Positions 24,614 to 37,600 of a stretch of DNA of 64,000 bases are shown in pieces. The stretch is from Squalus acanthias (lineage: Eukaryota). Within the stretch, counting starts at the first letter, position 1, and each line of letters begins with the position of its first letter. Made by a program: the position numbers and the translations under genes. The notes under the pieces were generated by a model, which was given only the letters and a program-made list of their open reading frames with translations, made no database searches and was not told the DNA's origin. Where the stretch lies: assembly GCA_030390025.1 (NCBI GenBank), contig JASTWF010000034.1, positions 4,650,001-4,714,000 on the forward strand. The letters are read 5' to 3'.

Positions 24614-25290
24614 TGTGAGTGTAGAATAGTGAACTTCACATTAACCAAATATCTATATTCAGTGTGACCTGTAATGACTTGTGCATAAATTGCTGAGGCT
24701 TGCTCAAAATGTAACTGCAAAGACAGCCAGGACTAGTCAAGACTGGCTCTGATAACGGACAGTATCGCAGCTTACGCAGCTTATGAGGCCTTGTACTGCC
24801 TGTACCAGGGAAGCTAGAAATGAGAGAGATAAGGTCAATCCAATGGGGTGAAGAACTATAAACAAGATAACGATGAACAGGAAAAAGTTGTAGGAAAAAT
24901 ACTGGAAAGGTGAGGCCAAGATGCTGAACTTAGTCTGAGTGACAATGGTATTTTGATCATTAGAGACAATTAAAATAGGTGATTTTGTGAAAGACCATAT
25001 ATGGACAATGCCCAAACGAACTTTTGATAAGATATGGGTTAAAACCTGGAAACTGGAAAAACAACTTTACACAGACCTACTGCAAGAACAAAGGAACAGA
25101 CTGAAGATGACGTCACTTGTGTCCGAGAGGTTCCAGAGTCCAAGGGCTGCGAGCTACTCGTTAAACTATCGCCTGCTGTTCAGTCTATTACGCTGTAAGC
25201 TTAATAAATCTTGATCTATTGCTCAAACATACTGGCTGCTGCCTATTGGTGTCTTGTCCAAGAACTCTCAGAGATCATAAAGATCTTACA
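24614..25290 (+). mobile_element. Probable solo LTR (mirror copy)
   Basis: TGTGAG...CTTACA termini, AATAAA at ~25203. Confidence 0.45.
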
Positions 25291-25334
25291 CTTGTGTGTC
25301 ATCTTTCTCTTCTGCATGCATCTACGAGGAGCTA

Positions 25335-26878
25335 GCCCTGTGGCTTCAGCAGAGGTAGAGGCAGCCTGCTCACTTCCCTGCTGCCAAGGAGGTGTAGAGC
25401 ACCTTGTTGCACAGCAGTGAGGCCATGAGGACCCACGTCTATGCTGACATCCCTGTTAGAGAGGAGGTCTATGAGCCTCTGCCATCTATTCACTATAAAT
25501 AGCCATCTATCCTCCATAAAGACCATGTGCTCGTCTGAGTGGCGCATTAGCTGCTCCATGTAGCTGCCCATCCTATCCATGGAGGAGCCTACAGTCACCA
25601 TCGCCTGTGACAAGGTGGTGGTCATGTTGGAGATGGATTCCTCCATTCTCTGAACATTTGCAGACATCGCGCTCACAAAACCTGTTAGAGCCCACTGCAC
25701 TTTTGCTGCTCCTCCAGGATCGCCCTCTTTCTGGATGGCACCCGAGGCTCAGCGTCTGCATGCAGCTGAGCAGAGCTGGGAGCATCCTGCGCCCTCCGGC
25801 AAGGAGACTCCACTGCTCTCCCTCTCTCCACCATCTTCTCTTGCACACTTGTGAGTTGGGAGACACCAGTTGACAACACTACTTTATCTATGTCTTGTGA
25901 TGGTGCACCCTCAGCGGCTGAAAGCTCCTCTGAGGAGTCATCTTCCTCTTGCTTCTGGACATTGGAGGGGGGAACTCTTGATGGACCTGTGAGAGAGTGA
26001 AGATATGAGTTAGATATGTCATATGAAGAATGGGTACAGATACCATTATGCACATGATGACCATTCAGTGAGATCAGTGCCCATTTGAGTGATGGATGTA
26101 TGCCATGTTGCTGTATGATATGTAATTCTGTCACCAGGTTGCTGAGATATCCCCCTCGCTCCATCTCACACCTCCAGCTGCTCAGCGACTCCAGATATTT
26201 CTAAAGCAGCCTCCTCTGCTATTGTATGGTTTGCAAATGATGGAGTGCCACCGCCGGTTCACCCCTTCTCCCTATTATTGTGGGCTCTCTTTTCCTGCAA
26301 GGAGGGAAAAAAGAGAAGTTTGAGTGAGACTGATGGAATGAATGTAAGGAATGGATGGGTTAGATATTTAGAGGGTGACTATGATGGAGTGGGGTGCCAA
26401 ATACATGTGGCCTCCTTGTGTGTTGTTAGTTGGTATGATTGCACAAGGGTGAGTGTGAGTGTGAGGGGTGGCTATTGAGATGGCGATGTGATAATGTAAA
26501 TAGAAAGAGAGGGACGGGTGGACGTGCAAGGTATGTTGGTGTGAGTAAGAATGTGCAGGGGTAGGGTTGGGAAGGCAGAGTGATGGGGGTGTGATGAGAG
26601 GCATAGCAAGATGAAGGTGAGTGTGGCTTTGTACTCACGTTTCCTGATCTAATGAGATCATTGAAACGTTTGGGGCACTGCACCCAGGTCTTGCTGACAA
26701 CATCCCTGCTGGTGACCCCCTCTGCAATCTCCAACCAGGCTGTTTTAGTGTCCTGGGGAGGTCACATCCGTCCATTGGAAGAGAAGAGGACCACCCTGAA
26801 TGCTTTGACTCCCTTCATAAGCATATGGACTGAGCCATCAGACAACCTGGGTGCAACCCTCTGCCTCGGTGCAGTCAT
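25335..26878 (-). pseudogene. Myb/SANT-like Harbinger gene, mirror copy, same premature stops
   Basis: MTAPRQRVAPRLSDGSV...EIAEGVTSRDVVSKTWVQCPKRFNDL. Confidence 0.8.
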
Positions 26879-27343
26879 TGTCTGTGTTTGCATCACTCCA
26901 GTGCTGTGGTGCACTGACAGCAGTATGTTCCATTGACATTCAAGTCCAATGTGGCCATGGCCCCTTAAAGATCCCGGCTGAAAACGCTTAATCAACGATG
27001 TCAACAGTCCAGACCCGCATCATTTAATTGGACCGGGTAACACGCTGGGTGGGCTCAATAGGTCCGACTAACGTAAAGTCATTTTCAGCAGCGGGCTGAC
27101 GACCCGCCATTGCCACCGCCCGCACCGGACCTGCCAGGTAGGCACAATTCCAGCCGTGTTTTTACGGCCTTGAGGAGTCCATGATCCATATGTATTTTCA
27201 GTGTGAGAGGTTGCAGCCTCTGTATCATTACCTGAAGTGGCCGGTGGGCACCGCAGCTCAGTGAGGTGATAATCGATCCTCACTGTCACATTGTGATTTA
27301 ATTATTGTTTGTGTGTGTGGCTGTATTGTACATACTTATTACA

Positions 27344-27447
27344 GGAATAACAACAGAACATGTTGGAAACACTCAGCAGGTCAGGCAGCATCGAGGAGAG
27401 AGAAACAGAGTCAACGTTTCGGGTCCAGGGCCCTTCGTCAGAACTGT
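27344..27447 (-). ncRNA. Solo Penelope terminus with minimal hammerhead motif (mirror copy)
   Basis: Reverse complement of 13160-13263; core motif identical. Confidence 0.65.
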
Positions 27448-27619
27448 TACTGGATATTTGTGGTGTGCTGGGACACTTGCCTTATTGGTTTATGTCCACG
27501 TCTAGTGAAAATGGGGCAACTTAATGTCACCCCACTACAGGTAGTGAACAAAGGCCCAATCTGAAAATGTGAATGATCTCTTCACCAATTGGAACTTTCA
27601 ATGGCGGTGTGTTTACCCA

Positions 27620-28140
27620 GGATCCGCCGCGCGGCAGAAAGTGCCCTATCAATGACTGCAGGATTCCACTGCGCAGGCGCGTGACCGCGGCGTGCTCTGA
27701 GCATGCGCAGTACGCGTGGTGACGTCAAGAGTAATGGCGGACAACAATAAAAGCGGCGGGCAGAGAGAATCAGAGCGAACGGTTCAGGTCATTTTCTGTT
27801 GTACTAATGGCCGAAAAGGCGGCTCGAGAGGCGGGAAGACATTGTGGGGGCCGGGGAGGAATAGGCGCCGCGGCGGGGCTGGGGAGCTTCAAAAACACCG
27901 GACGTAGGGCTCAGGCCCCGAATAAGACGCCGTGGGTGCCGTGTTTGCGCCGCGGCGCCAGGCCCGGCCGCCGGGTTGAGCGGGGTGACTGTCCGCCCGT
28001 TTGCGAGAGGATTTCTCCGCGGCGAGAGGCCCGGGTTACCCCGGCAACCGGCCGCCATCTTGGTGAAGGAAGGCGGGACTTGTCCCCGCGCCGCCATCTT
28101 GGACAGGGCGGGATCAGGGCGCATGCGCCGCCCACTCCCA
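27620..28140. promoter_or_regulatory. CpG-island promoter (mirror copy)
   Basis: TGCGCAGGCGC, GCATGCGCA, TGACGTCA (27720-27727), AATGGCGG, two GCCGCCATCTTG and GCGCATGCGC. Confidence 0.8.
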
Positions 28141-28159
28141 GAGCAGGTGCAGCAGAAGC

Positions 28160-28695
28160 TGTTTTTTATATTCGTTTCTGCGATGTGGGCGTCGCTGGCA
28201 AGGCCAGAATTTATTACCCATCCCTAATTGCCCTTGAGAAGGTGGTGGTGAGCTGCCTTCTTAAACCGCTGCAGTCCGTGTGGTGATGGTACTCCCACAT
28301 TGCTGTTAGTTAGGGAGTTCCTGGATTTTGACCCAGCGATGATGAAGGATCGGCGATATACTTCTAAGTCAGGGTGGTGTGTGACTTGGAGGGGAACTTT
28401 GAGGTGGTGATGTTCCCATGAGCCTGCTGCCCTTGTTCTTCTATGTAGAAGAGTTCGCGGGTTTGGGAGGTGCTACCGATCACGACCTGGCGAGTTGCTG
28501 CAGTGCATCTTGTAGATGGTACACACTGCAGCCACGGTACGCCGGTGGTGGAGGGAGTGAATGTTTCATGTGGTGGATGGGGTGTCAATCAAGCGGGATC
28601 ATTTGTTCTGGATGGCGTCGAGCTTCTTGAGTGTTGTTGGAGCTGTACTCATCCAGGCAAGTGGAGAGTATTCCATCACACTCCTCGCACACAGG
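28160..28695 (-). mobile_element. 3' end of second CR1-group LINE lineage (mirror copy)
   Basis: Reverse complement of 11914-12447. Confidence 0.8.
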
Positions 28696-28919
28696 GGCTG
28701 CAGAACTGGAGAGCAGAGGGAGGGAGAGAGTGGGTTGGGGCAAAAATATGGTGCAATGGGCAAGGATTTCAGCACAGGGAGAGGGAGAGTGTGTGGGACA
28801 GGAATTTACAGCTTTTGGGGGAAACAAGAGAGGAAAGATTGTTCCATAGAAAGTAGAATTGTCTGTTCTGAATTTATGTCCTGTACTTCGTGATGACCTT
28901 TTGTAATCTCCTTTTTCAG

Positions 28920-29615
28920 GGTATTAGAAGGGGAGGATTTGCAGACAAGAAACTCAAAACAAACATCACGCCAAGATCTGAGTCACTCGATTCATCAGGA
29001 CCTGTTTATCATCGGCCTTTGAATGCGGAAGGAGAAATCTTTCTCTGTTCTTGTGTTTGGGAAAGGATTTTACACATCATGCGACTGGGAAAGCACTGAG
29101 ACCCATTCACACTTGAGCGAGAGTGTTCCAGTGCACTGACTGTGGAGAGAGCTGTAACCAGTTACACAGCCTGAAAAAACTTCGCACCATTCACAGCGGG
29201 GAGAAACCGTACACGTGTTCTGTGTGTGGACGAGGCTTCAACCGATCGTCCAACCTGGAGAGACAGATGGACCATGGAGAAACCGTGGGAATGTGGGGAC
29301 TGTGAGAAGGGATTCAATTATCCGTCTGAGATGCAAATTCATCGGTGCAGTCACACTGGGGAGAGACTGTTGACCTGCTCTGTATGTGGGAAGGGATTCA
29401 GTCGGTCACCCATCCTGCTGAAACATCAGCGAGTTCACACTGACGAGAGACCGTTCAGTTGCTTTCACTGTGGGAAGAGATTCACTTATCCCACCTCATT
29501 GAACACCAGCATGTTCACACTGGAGAGAATCCGTTCACCTGCTCCATGTGTGCGAGGGGATTCACAAGGTCATCCAGTCTGGTGAAACGCAAGCGAATAC
29601 ACTCTGAAAGCTGAC
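28920..29615 (+). pseudogene. C2H2 zinc-finger terminal exon, frameshifted pseudogene (two more fingers than left copy)
   Basis: CTTTTTCAG acceptor 28918-28919; [32 protein letters not shown] and [16 protein letters not shown] in broken frames. Confidence 0.9.
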
Positions 29616-29972
29616 CTTTTAAAAGTTCTTGTAAGTATTGGTATGTATAGATTATTAAATATAATACACTGGTTGACATATGGAATTATATCAATATTAA
29701 GCTAGAATAACCAGGGATTAAGTTAGGTTAGAATACAGTCCAGAAAGACGCACATCTGCTGCCGAGCATGGGTAAGTGTGAAGATTGAATTTAATGCCAG
29801 CAGGGTGTCTGGAGGACTGCTGGGGAGTGTGGGCAGTGAATCAGTCCCTTTTGTAAAGGACATTGGAAGCTGTGAGAGTTTGAAGGTTACAGAAGCAGGT
29901 AATTAACACTCCTGTGTGGGAGAGTAAAGAACAAACTGATAGAGATCAATGGGCAAGCACAACGAATGATAA

Positions 29973-30229
29973 CAGCTCACCTCCCCACTAAACCAGCAGC
30001 TCACCTCCCCACTAAACCAGCAGCTCACCTCCCCACTAAACCAGCAGCTCACCTCCCCACTAAACCAGCAGCTCACCTCCCCACTAAACCAGCAGCTCAC
30101 CTCCCCACTAAACCAGCAGCTCACCTCCCCACTAAACCAGCAGCTCACCTCCCCACTAAACCAGCAGCTCACCTCCCCACTAAACCAGCAGCTCACCTCC
30201 CCACTAAACCAGCAGCTCACCTCCCCACT
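29973..30229 (-). repeat. 24-bp perfect minisatellite x ~10.7 (mirror copy)
   Basis: CAGCTCACCTCCCCACTAAACCAG units. Confidence 0.99.
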
Positions 30230-30236
30230 GAATCAT

Positions 30237-30447
30237 AGTGTTACTGTGAGGCCTGTGGGGTATATACCTTACAGTGAGGGGTGTGGGGTATATCAGTATT
30301 ACAGTGAGGGGTGTGGGGTATATCAGTGTTACAGTGAGGGGTGTGGGGTATATCAGTGTGTTACAATGAGGGGTGTGGGATATATCAGTGTTACAATGAG
30401 GGGTGTGGGGTATATCAGAGTTACAGTGAGGGGTGTGGAGTATATCA
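30237..30447 (-). repeat. 30-bp minisatellite (short mirror copy)
   Basis: TACAGTGAGGGGTGTGGGGTATATCAGTGT units. Confidence 0.95.
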
Positions 30448-30617
30448 AAAGGGAATTGTATAAGTGCCCGAAGGAAAGCAATTGCAGGGCTCTGGGGAAA
30501 GGGCGGGGGAGTGGGACTTGCTGAAGTGCTCTTGCAGAGAGCCGGCACGGGTTCGACGGGCCGTAAGGCCTCCTTCTGTGCTGTAACCATTCTATGATTC
30601 TATAGAGCCAGAGATGT

Positions 30618-31700
30618 ACAACAACAATAACTTGTATTTAAATAGAGCCTTTAACGTAGTAAAACGTCCCAAGGCGCTTCACAGGAGTATTTTCAGACAA
30701 ACAATTTTGACATTGAGCCACATCAGGATAAATTCGGACAGGTGACTAAAAGCTTGGTCAAAGTGGAAGGTTTTAATGAGCGTCTTCAAGGAGGAAAGAG
30801 AGGGGGCGAGGCGGAGAGGTTTAGGCTAGGAATTCCAGAACTTAGGGCCCAGGCAACAGAAGGCACGGCCACCAAATGTTGAGTGATTATAATCAGGGAA
30901 GCTCAAGAGGGCAGAATTAGAGGAGCGCAGATATCTCGGGGGTGTTGTGGGGCTGAAGGAGATTCGAGATAGGAAGGGGCGAGGCCATGGAGGGATTTGA
31001 AAACAAGGATGAGAATTTTGAAATCGAGGTGCTGCTTAACCGGGAGCCAGTGTAGGTCAGCAAGCACAGGGGAGATGGGTGAACGGGACTTGGTACGAGT
31101 TAGGACATGGGCAGCCGAGTTTTGGATGGCCTCAAGATTACATAGGGTGGAATGTGGGAGGCCAGCCAGGAGTGCGTTGGAATAGTCAAGTCTAGAAGTA
31201 ACAAAGGCATGGATGAGGGTTTCAGCAGCGGATGAGAGGAGGCAAGGGCGGAGACGGGCGATGTTACGGAGGTGGAAGTAGGCGGTCTTTGTTATGCTGC
31301 GGATATGTGGTCGGAGGCTCATTTCAGGGTCAAATATGACACCAATGTTGCGAACAGTGTGGTTCAGCCTCAGACAGATGTTAGGGAGAGGGATTGAGTC
31401 TGTGGCTCGGGAACGGTGTTTGTGGCAGGGTCGAAAACAGTGGCTTCGGTCTTCCCAATATTTATTTGGAGAAACTTTTGCTCATGTCCGTCAAGCAGTC
31501 TGACAATTTAGACACCGTGGAGGGGTCAAGAGAAGAGGTAGTGAGGGAGAGCTTGGTGTCGTCAGCGTACAGATGGAAACTGACTGTGTTTCTGGATGCT
31601 GTCACCAAGGGGCAACATGTAGATGAGAAATAGGAGGGGGGCAAGGAGAGATCCTTGGGGGACACCAGAAGTAACGATGCAGGAGCAGGAAGAGAGGCTA
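30618..31700 (-). mobile_element. L2 LINE 3' fragment (mirror copy)
   Basis: AETLIHAFVTSRLDYSNALL, HLYADDT. Confidence 0.93.
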
Positions 31701-32084
31701 ACTGATATTCTGATCCTTTCCGCACAGTATGATCCCAGCCCCAGACGCTTCCCTCTCTGTGGGGAGAGAGAGAGAGAGGCAGAGACAGTGAGGGAGCAGA
31801 TACGTAGAGAAGGAAAGAAATACTGGGGTGGTGTTTGACGTTTAGTAGGTGCTATAGTACAAACTGGGTAATTGTGAAACAGCCACCCATTTTACACCGA
31901 TGGAAATAAAACTCGGGAGAGATGTAGGGCAGGATCCCGGTTCATTCCCGGAGACGGGGCTGATTGTACACCCTGTGTTCATGCCCAGTGAGACTGCACA
32001 CCAGGAGCAGAGCCTGGTCAATGTGACCCTGTGACACCTCGAGTGGGAGGGGCTCCGGCCGCTTTGTGACATCGTTTCTGGCTG

Positions 32085-32571
32085 CTGTGTGATGTCACCT
32101 GGAGACAGGGCCCTGCCCCTGGTTACGGCCCATCAGTGGGATGTCAGTGTGGGAGGAGCTGGAGTGACAGCTGACACTGGGGGTGAGTTTAGTCCCAATA
32201 AACAGGGCAAAGGGCTGAAAGGAACAATTTAATATTAAAGTAAGTAATTTAAACACACTGATTAATTGCAAAAATAATGAAATTGAATATAATTATGGTC
32301 ACAAAAATGCTCCCCCTGTATTCTGGGATTAATATGAATCATTTTTCTATTGACAGTCTCTGGGAGTGAGCAATATCTCAGGAAGGTGGAGAGAGAAGTC
32401 GAATCATCGCCTCACTGACTGGGACTGGAGAAATGTCGCTGTGTTCACAGAGCAGATCTGGTGGGATCGAGACCCCCAGTGTCGGAGACGGGATAAAACG
32501 GGAAGCTTCAACAATGATTGGAAAGGTGAGGAACTTTACTGAGAATCCCATCAGTCCAGGATATTGCTGAG
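32085..32571 (+). pseudogene. 5' cassette of unidentified gene, copy 2 (exon 1 ends 32182; exon 2 32357-32571; ATG 32433; in-frame TGA 32568-32570)
   Basis: GGG|GTGAGT, TTGACAG|, GAG|GTGAGA; mirror of 7406-7900. Confidence 0.5.
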
Positions 32572-32624
32572 GTGAGAGTCTAACCAGATACTGGGAGCTG
32601 TTCAACATCTTCCATCAGGCTCGG

Positions 32625-33345
32625 CCTTTGATGAGGCAAGTTGAGCGGAGCTTAACTCGGAGATAAACCTTGCCTGTACCTCACCCGGCAGTGTTTGACA
32701 CTTGCATGTAGTGAGATCTTTATTCTGTATTCATCCCATGCTGTACCCGAGCTGGTTGTGCTTCATTGGGTAGTGTCAAGGGAGCTGCACGCTACACATC
32801 CTGCATTAGAGGGAGCTTTGCATGTCACCCGCGCTGTACCTGCTCAGCGAGTGTTTGAGTGGGCAGTGCAGAGGAAGGTTTAGTCTGTATCTCTCTATCT
32901 AACCCGTGCTGTTCGTGCCATTGGACTGTTTTGATTGGACATTGTAAACGGAGCTTTATTCTATGTATCTCTATCTAACCCGTGCTGTACCTGCCCTTGG
33001 ACTGTTTGATTGGGCAGTGTAAAGGGAGCTTTACTCTGTATGTCTCTATCTCCCCCGTGCTATACCTGCCCTTGGATTATTTGATTGTGCAGTGTAAAGG
33101 GAGCTTTGCTCTGTATCTCTCTATCTAACCGGTGCTATACCTGCCCTTGGACTATTTGATTGGACAGTGTAAATGGAGCTTTACTCTGTATCTCTCGATC
33201 TAACCGGTGCTATACCTGCCCTTGGACTGTTTGATTGGACAGTGTAAAGGGAGCATTACTCTGTATCTCTCTATCTCACCCGTGCTATACCTGCCCTTGG
33301 ACTGTTTGATTGGGCAGTGTAAAGGGAGCTTTACTCTGTGTATAA
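32625..33345 (+). repeat. 67-bp minisatellite block with locally expanded ~71-bp variant
   Basis: Repeated CTGTATCTCTCTATCTAACC...CCTGCCCTTGGACTGTTTGATTGG units. Confidence 0.85.
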
Positions 33346-33449
33346 CTTATGCTACATGCAGGGAGATTGTAGCAAATGGAATTCAATCCGGAGAAGTGTG
33401 AGGTGATGCATTTGGGGAGGGCTAACATGTCAACGGATCCTACACTGAG

Positions 33450-34515
33450 GAACATAGGAAGAGGAGTCGGCCATTCAGCCCCTCGAGCCTGTTGACCCAT
33501 TCAATGCGATCATTGACTGATCTGCTATCTAACTCCATAAACCCACCTTTGGCCCATATCCCTTCATACCTTTGGTTAACAAAAAGCAACAAATCTCCGA
33601 TTTAAAATTAACAAATTATCAAGCATCCACTTCCGTTTGTGGAAGAGAGTTCCAAATTTCTACCACTTTGTGTGTCGAAGTGTTTCCTAATTTCACTCCT
33701 GAAAGGACTGCCTCTAATTCTTAGACTGTGCCTCCAGTCCTAGTATCCCCACCAATGGAAATAGTTTCTCGCTATCTGCTCTATCTGTTCCCCTTAATAT
33801 CCTGAAAACTTCGCTCAGATCACCCCTTAACCTTCTAAATTCTAGGGAATAGAACCCTAATTTGTGTAATCTCTCCTCGTAACTTAACCCTTGAAGTCCG
33901 GGTATCATTCTGGTAAACCTGCGCTGCACTCCCTCCAAGGCCAATATATCCTTCCGAAGGTGTGGTGCCCAGAACTGCTCACAGTGCTCCAGGTGTGGTC
34001 TAACCAGGGTTTTGTATAGCTGCAGAATAAATTCTACCCTCTTGTAATCTAGTCCTTTAGATATAAAGACCAGCTTTCCATTAGCCTTTTTGATTATTTT
34101 CTGCACCTGTCCATGACATTTTAATGATCTATGTACCTGGACCCCCCAAGTCTCTTTGGACATCCACTCGTTTTAGCTTTTCACCATTTTAGAAAGTAAC
34201 CGGTTCTATCCTTTTAGGGTCCAAAGTGAATGACCTCACATTTGCTTACATTGAAATCCATTTGCCATAGTTTTGCCCATTCCCTTACTCTGTCAATATC
34301 CCTTTGTAATGTTATGGTTTCACCTGCACTGCCTACAATGCTGCCTATCTTTGTGTCATCGGCACATTTGGGTATATGACTTTCTATGACATCACCTAAG
34401 TCATTAATAAATATTGTGAATAGCTGAGGCCCCAAAACACAGCCCTGCTGGACACCACGAGTCACATCCTGCCAATTTGAGTACCTACCCATTATCCCTA
34501 CGCTGTATCCTGACG
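33450..34515 (-). mobile_element. CR1 LINE 3' fragment (mirror copy)
   Basis: [40 protein letters not shown]. Confidence 0.93.
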
Positions 34516-34842
34516 CTTTATAAAGGGTTATAAAGGATTATGCTGGGTTATAAATTATTATAAATGAATAAAAAGTATTATGGTATATAAAGTTTGATAA
34601 TAGAAGATAAAGTGTTATGATGAATTGTTAAGGAATATAAAGGGTGGTAATGATCGACAAAGGCTTATAAATTGTTATAATGATTGACAAAGGATTATAA
34701 AGGGATTTGAATGGGGTACAAAGTGATGCAAAATATGATAAAGGGACATGACCCTTTATAAATCATTATAATCATTAATAACCCGTTATACACCTTTTGT
34801 AAATGATTATTAATGATTCTAACGTTATAAAGAGTTATGAGG

Positions 34843-37600
34843 CTCCCACTACACTGTCCCATCAAACAGTCCCAGTGAAGGTACAGCATTTGTTAGATAC
34901 TTAGTAAAGATCCCTCTGCACTGTCCCATCAAATACTCGCAGGTTAGGTACAGCATGGGTTAGATATAGAGTAAAGTGCAAATACACTGCCCGTTTCAGC
35001 ACTCCCAGGGCAGGTACAGCAAGGTTTAGATACAGAGTAAAGCTCCCTCTACACAATCCCATCAAACACTCCCAGGGCAGGTACAGCAAGGTTTAGATAC
35101 AGAGTAAAGCTTCCTCTGCACTGTCCAAACACACTCCCAGGGCAGGTTGAGTACGGGTTAGATACAGAGTAATGCTCCCTCCACATTATGCCATCAAACC
35201 ATTCCAGGTCATGTACAGCACGGTTTACATACAGAGTAAAGCTCTCTCTACACTGTCCCAACAAGCATTCCCAGGCAGCTGCAGCACGAGTTAGATGCAG
35301 AGTAGAGCTCCCTCTACACTGTCCCATCAAACACTGAGAGGTCGCACAACACCAGGTTATAGTCCAACAGTTTTATTTTAAATCACAAGCTTTCGGAGTT
35401 ACAACTCCTTCGTCCGAAAGCTTGTGATTTAAAATAAAACTGTTGGACTATAACCTGGTGTTGTGCGACCTCTCAATTTTGTCCACCCCAGTCCAACACC
35501 GGCATCTTCGCATCATGACCATCAAACACTCCCAGGGCAGGAACAGTACGGTTCAGATACAGATTAAAGATCCCTCTACAGTGTCCCATCAAACATTTCC
35601 AGGGCAGGTACAGCACGGGTTAGATACAAAGTAAAGCTCTCGCTACACTGTCCCATCAAACACTCACATGTCAGGTACAGTACAAGTAAGATACAGAGTA
35701 AATCTGCCTCTACACTTTCCCATCAATGACTCCCAGGGCAGATACAGCACGGTTTAGATACCGAGTAAAGCTCCCTCTACACTGTCGTTTCAATACCTTC
35801 CAGGGCAGGTATATCACAGTTTAGCTGCAGAGTAAATCTCATTCTAAACGGACCCATCACACACTCCCAGGGCAGCTACAGGACAGGGGAAGATACAGAG
35901 TAAAGCTTTCTCTACTCTGTCCCATCTAACTGTCCCAGGCAAGTACAGCCCGGGTTAAATACCGAATAAAGCTCCCTCTAAACTATCCCTTCAAACACTC
36001 CCAGGTCAGGTACAGCACAGGTAAGATACAGAGTAAGGTTGCCTCTACACTGTTGCATCAAACACTCTCAGGCCAGTTACAGCACGGGTTGATGCAGAGT
36101 AAAGATCCCTCTACAGAATCCCATCAAACACGCCCAGGGCAGGTACAGCAATGGTTAGATATAGAGTAAAGCTCCCAATGCACTGTCCCATCAAACACTC
36201 GCAGGGCAGTTAGTGCATGGGTTAGTTACTGAGTAAAGCTCCCTGTATACTATCACATCAAACATTCCCACGTCTGGAACAGCACAGGTTAGATACAGCA
36301 TAAAGACACCTCCATCCTGTTCCAACAAACACTCCCAGGCCAGGTACTGCACGGGTTAGATACAGAGTATAGCTCACTATACATTGTGCCATCAAACACA
36401 CCAAGGGCAGATACAACAATGGTTAGATATAGAGTAGAGCTCCCTCTACACTGTCCCATCAAACCCTCCCAGTTTAGGTACAGCATGGATTAGATATGGA
36501 ATGAAGCTCCCTCTACACTGTTGCATCAAACACTCCCAGGGCAGGTACAGCACAAGTTAGTTACAGAGTAAAGTTCCCTCTACACTGTCACATCAAACAC
36601 TCCCAGTTTAGGTACAGCACAGGTAAGATCCAGAGTAAAGCTCTCTCTACACTGCCCCATCAAACACTCGCAGGGCAGGTAGTTCACGGGGTTAGATACA
36701 GAGTAAAGCTCCCTCTACACTGTCCCATCAAACACTCGCAGGGCAGGTAGTGCACGGGTTATCTAAAGAATAAAGCTCCCTCTACACTGTCCCATCAAAC
36801 ACTCGCAGGGCAGGTAGTGCACGGGGTTAGATACAGAGTAAAGCTCCCTCCACACTGCCCCATCAAACACTCGCAGGGCAGGTAGTGCACGGGGTTAGAT
36901 ACAGAGTAAAGCTCCGTCTACACTGTCCCATCAAACTTTCTCAGGCAGCTACAGCCCGCGTTAGATACCGAATAAAGCTCCCTTTACACTGTCCTATCAA
37001 AAACTGCTAGGGCAGGTACAGCAAGGGTTGGATACAGAGTAAAGCTTCCTATACACTGTCCCATCAAACAGCCCCATGGCAGGTACAGCACGGGTTAGAT
37101 ATAGAGTAAAGCTCCCACTACACTGTCCCTTCAAACACTCCAAGGGCAGGTACAGCACAGGTTGGATACAGAGTAAAGCTCCCTCTACACCGTCCCATCA
37201 AACACTTCCAGGGCAGGTACAGCACTGCTTTGAAAGAGGAAAGCTCCCTCATCACTGTCGCATTAAATCCTCGCAGGGCAGGTAGTGCACGTGTTAGGTA
37301 CAGAGTAAAGCTCCCTCTATAAAGACCTATCGAACGCTCGCAGGGCAGGTACAGCACAGGGATTGATGCAATGTAAAGCTTCCTCTACACTGTCCCTTCA
37401 AATATTCCCAGGAAGATACAGCACGGGTTAGATACAGCCAAAGCTCCCTCTACAAAGACCCTTCAAATATTCCCAGGGCAGGTACAGCACGGGTTAGATA
37501 CAGAGTAAAGCTCCCTCTACAAAGACCCATCAAACACTCCCAGGGCAGATACAGCACGGTTTAGATACAGAGTAAAGCTCCCTCTACCCTGTTCCATCAA
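34843..37600 (-). repeat. 67-bp minisatellite array (mirror copy, longer)
   Basis: AGAGTAAAGCTCCCTCTACACTGTCCCATCAAACACTCCCAGGGCAGGTACAGCAC units. Confidence 0.95.
35336..35518 (+). mobile_element. 183-bp fold-back miniature Penelope-type insertion with 12-bp target-site duplication
   Basis: Perfect 62-bp inverted repeat (35336-35397 / 35413-35474), 15-nt loop, 44-nt 3' tail. CCATCAAACACT at 35324-35335 and 35519-35530. Partial hammerhead GACGAAGGAG..CTCCGAAA on the minus strand. Confidence 0.85.

Larger units (their letters stand above)
23485..27156. mobile_element. Mirror copy of defective Harbinger transposon
   Basis: Reverse complement of 13451-17120. Confidence 0.7.
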
